From positions 12,677-76,676 of the forward strand of contig DASTKI010000057.1 of the NCBI GenBank assembly GCA_035716045.1: a stretch of DNA of 64,000 bases, in the 5' to 3' direction. Positions 63,887-64,000 of this stretch are shown here, piece by piece. A program made the position numbers and the translations under genes. Each line of letters opens with the position of its first letter. Positions within the stretch are counted from its first letter, which is position 1. A model generated the notes under the pieces. The model saw only the letters and a list, made by a program, of their open reading frames with translations. It was not told the origin of the DNA and did no database searches. The stretch comes from Ktedonobacterales bacterium (lineage in GTDB: Bacteria; Chloroflexota; Ktedonobacteria; Ktedonobacterales; JADMIN01).

Positions 63887-64000
63887 CTCCCTTCTCCTCA
63901 ACGACGCCGCATGGCGCAGAGCGCGGTTCGCCGCCGCCCAGCGGCGTTGCGGCGCCACTCGGGAGTGCGTTTCGACGCCCGCTTAGGCGAGCGCCTGGCG

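Overview
Visibly GC-rich bacterial chromosomal window with about 50 supportable protein-coding genes. Gene content is reminiscent of Chloroflexota or other high-GC lineages, but the taxon cannot be proven from this sequence. I found no rRNA, tRNA or CRISPR array by eye. There are four blocks. (1) 0-21 kb is a housekeeping mix: a Pro-rich surface protein, a biotinyl-domain protein, a MurF-Alr fusion ORF, an MFS transporter, a lipid kinase, a histidine kinase with a DUF4388-type response regulator, a PLP decarboxylase, and a pyrF-pyrE-x-pyrD operon. It ends in a small zone of gene decay and duplication at 19.2-21.0 kb. (2) 21.6-31.6 kb is one long minus-strand oxidative pentose-phosphate operon (tal/pgi fusion, gnd, zwf, opcA, pgl, rpe), followed by a CheY-like regulator and plsX. 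(3) 32.6-35.7 kb holds MATE and MFS exporters, followed by about 1 kb with no convincing ORF. (4) 36.8-60.6 kb is a Wzx/Wzy-type glycan (EPS/O-antigen-like) locus. It encodes an OmpR-type regulator, a Wzy/O-antigen-ligase-like protein, a split Wzz plus BY-kinase-like ATPase, a flippase, O-acetyltransferase, deacetylase, three glycosyltransferases, a priming sugar transferase and a WbpE/WbpB/WbpD-like diacetamido-sugar cassette. Embedded in it is an unusual divergent module: a two-Rossmann flavoprotein, a COG3919-like ATP-grasp ligase, a nonsense-interrupted alpha/beta hydrolase, a FemAB-like transferase and an SGNH hydrolase. The window ends with a secreted protein behind a strong promoter and long structured leader, a decayed IS630-family element, and an SRPBCC protein. 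Most long ORFs antisense to these genes are GC-rich mirror artefacts and were rejected. The most interesting items are the amino-acid-ligase/FemAB module inside the glycan locus, the MurF-Alr fusion, the structured leader at 60.9-61.1 kb, the 62-bp direct repeats bracketing a 1.08-kb cassette, and a dispersed REP-like repeat family.
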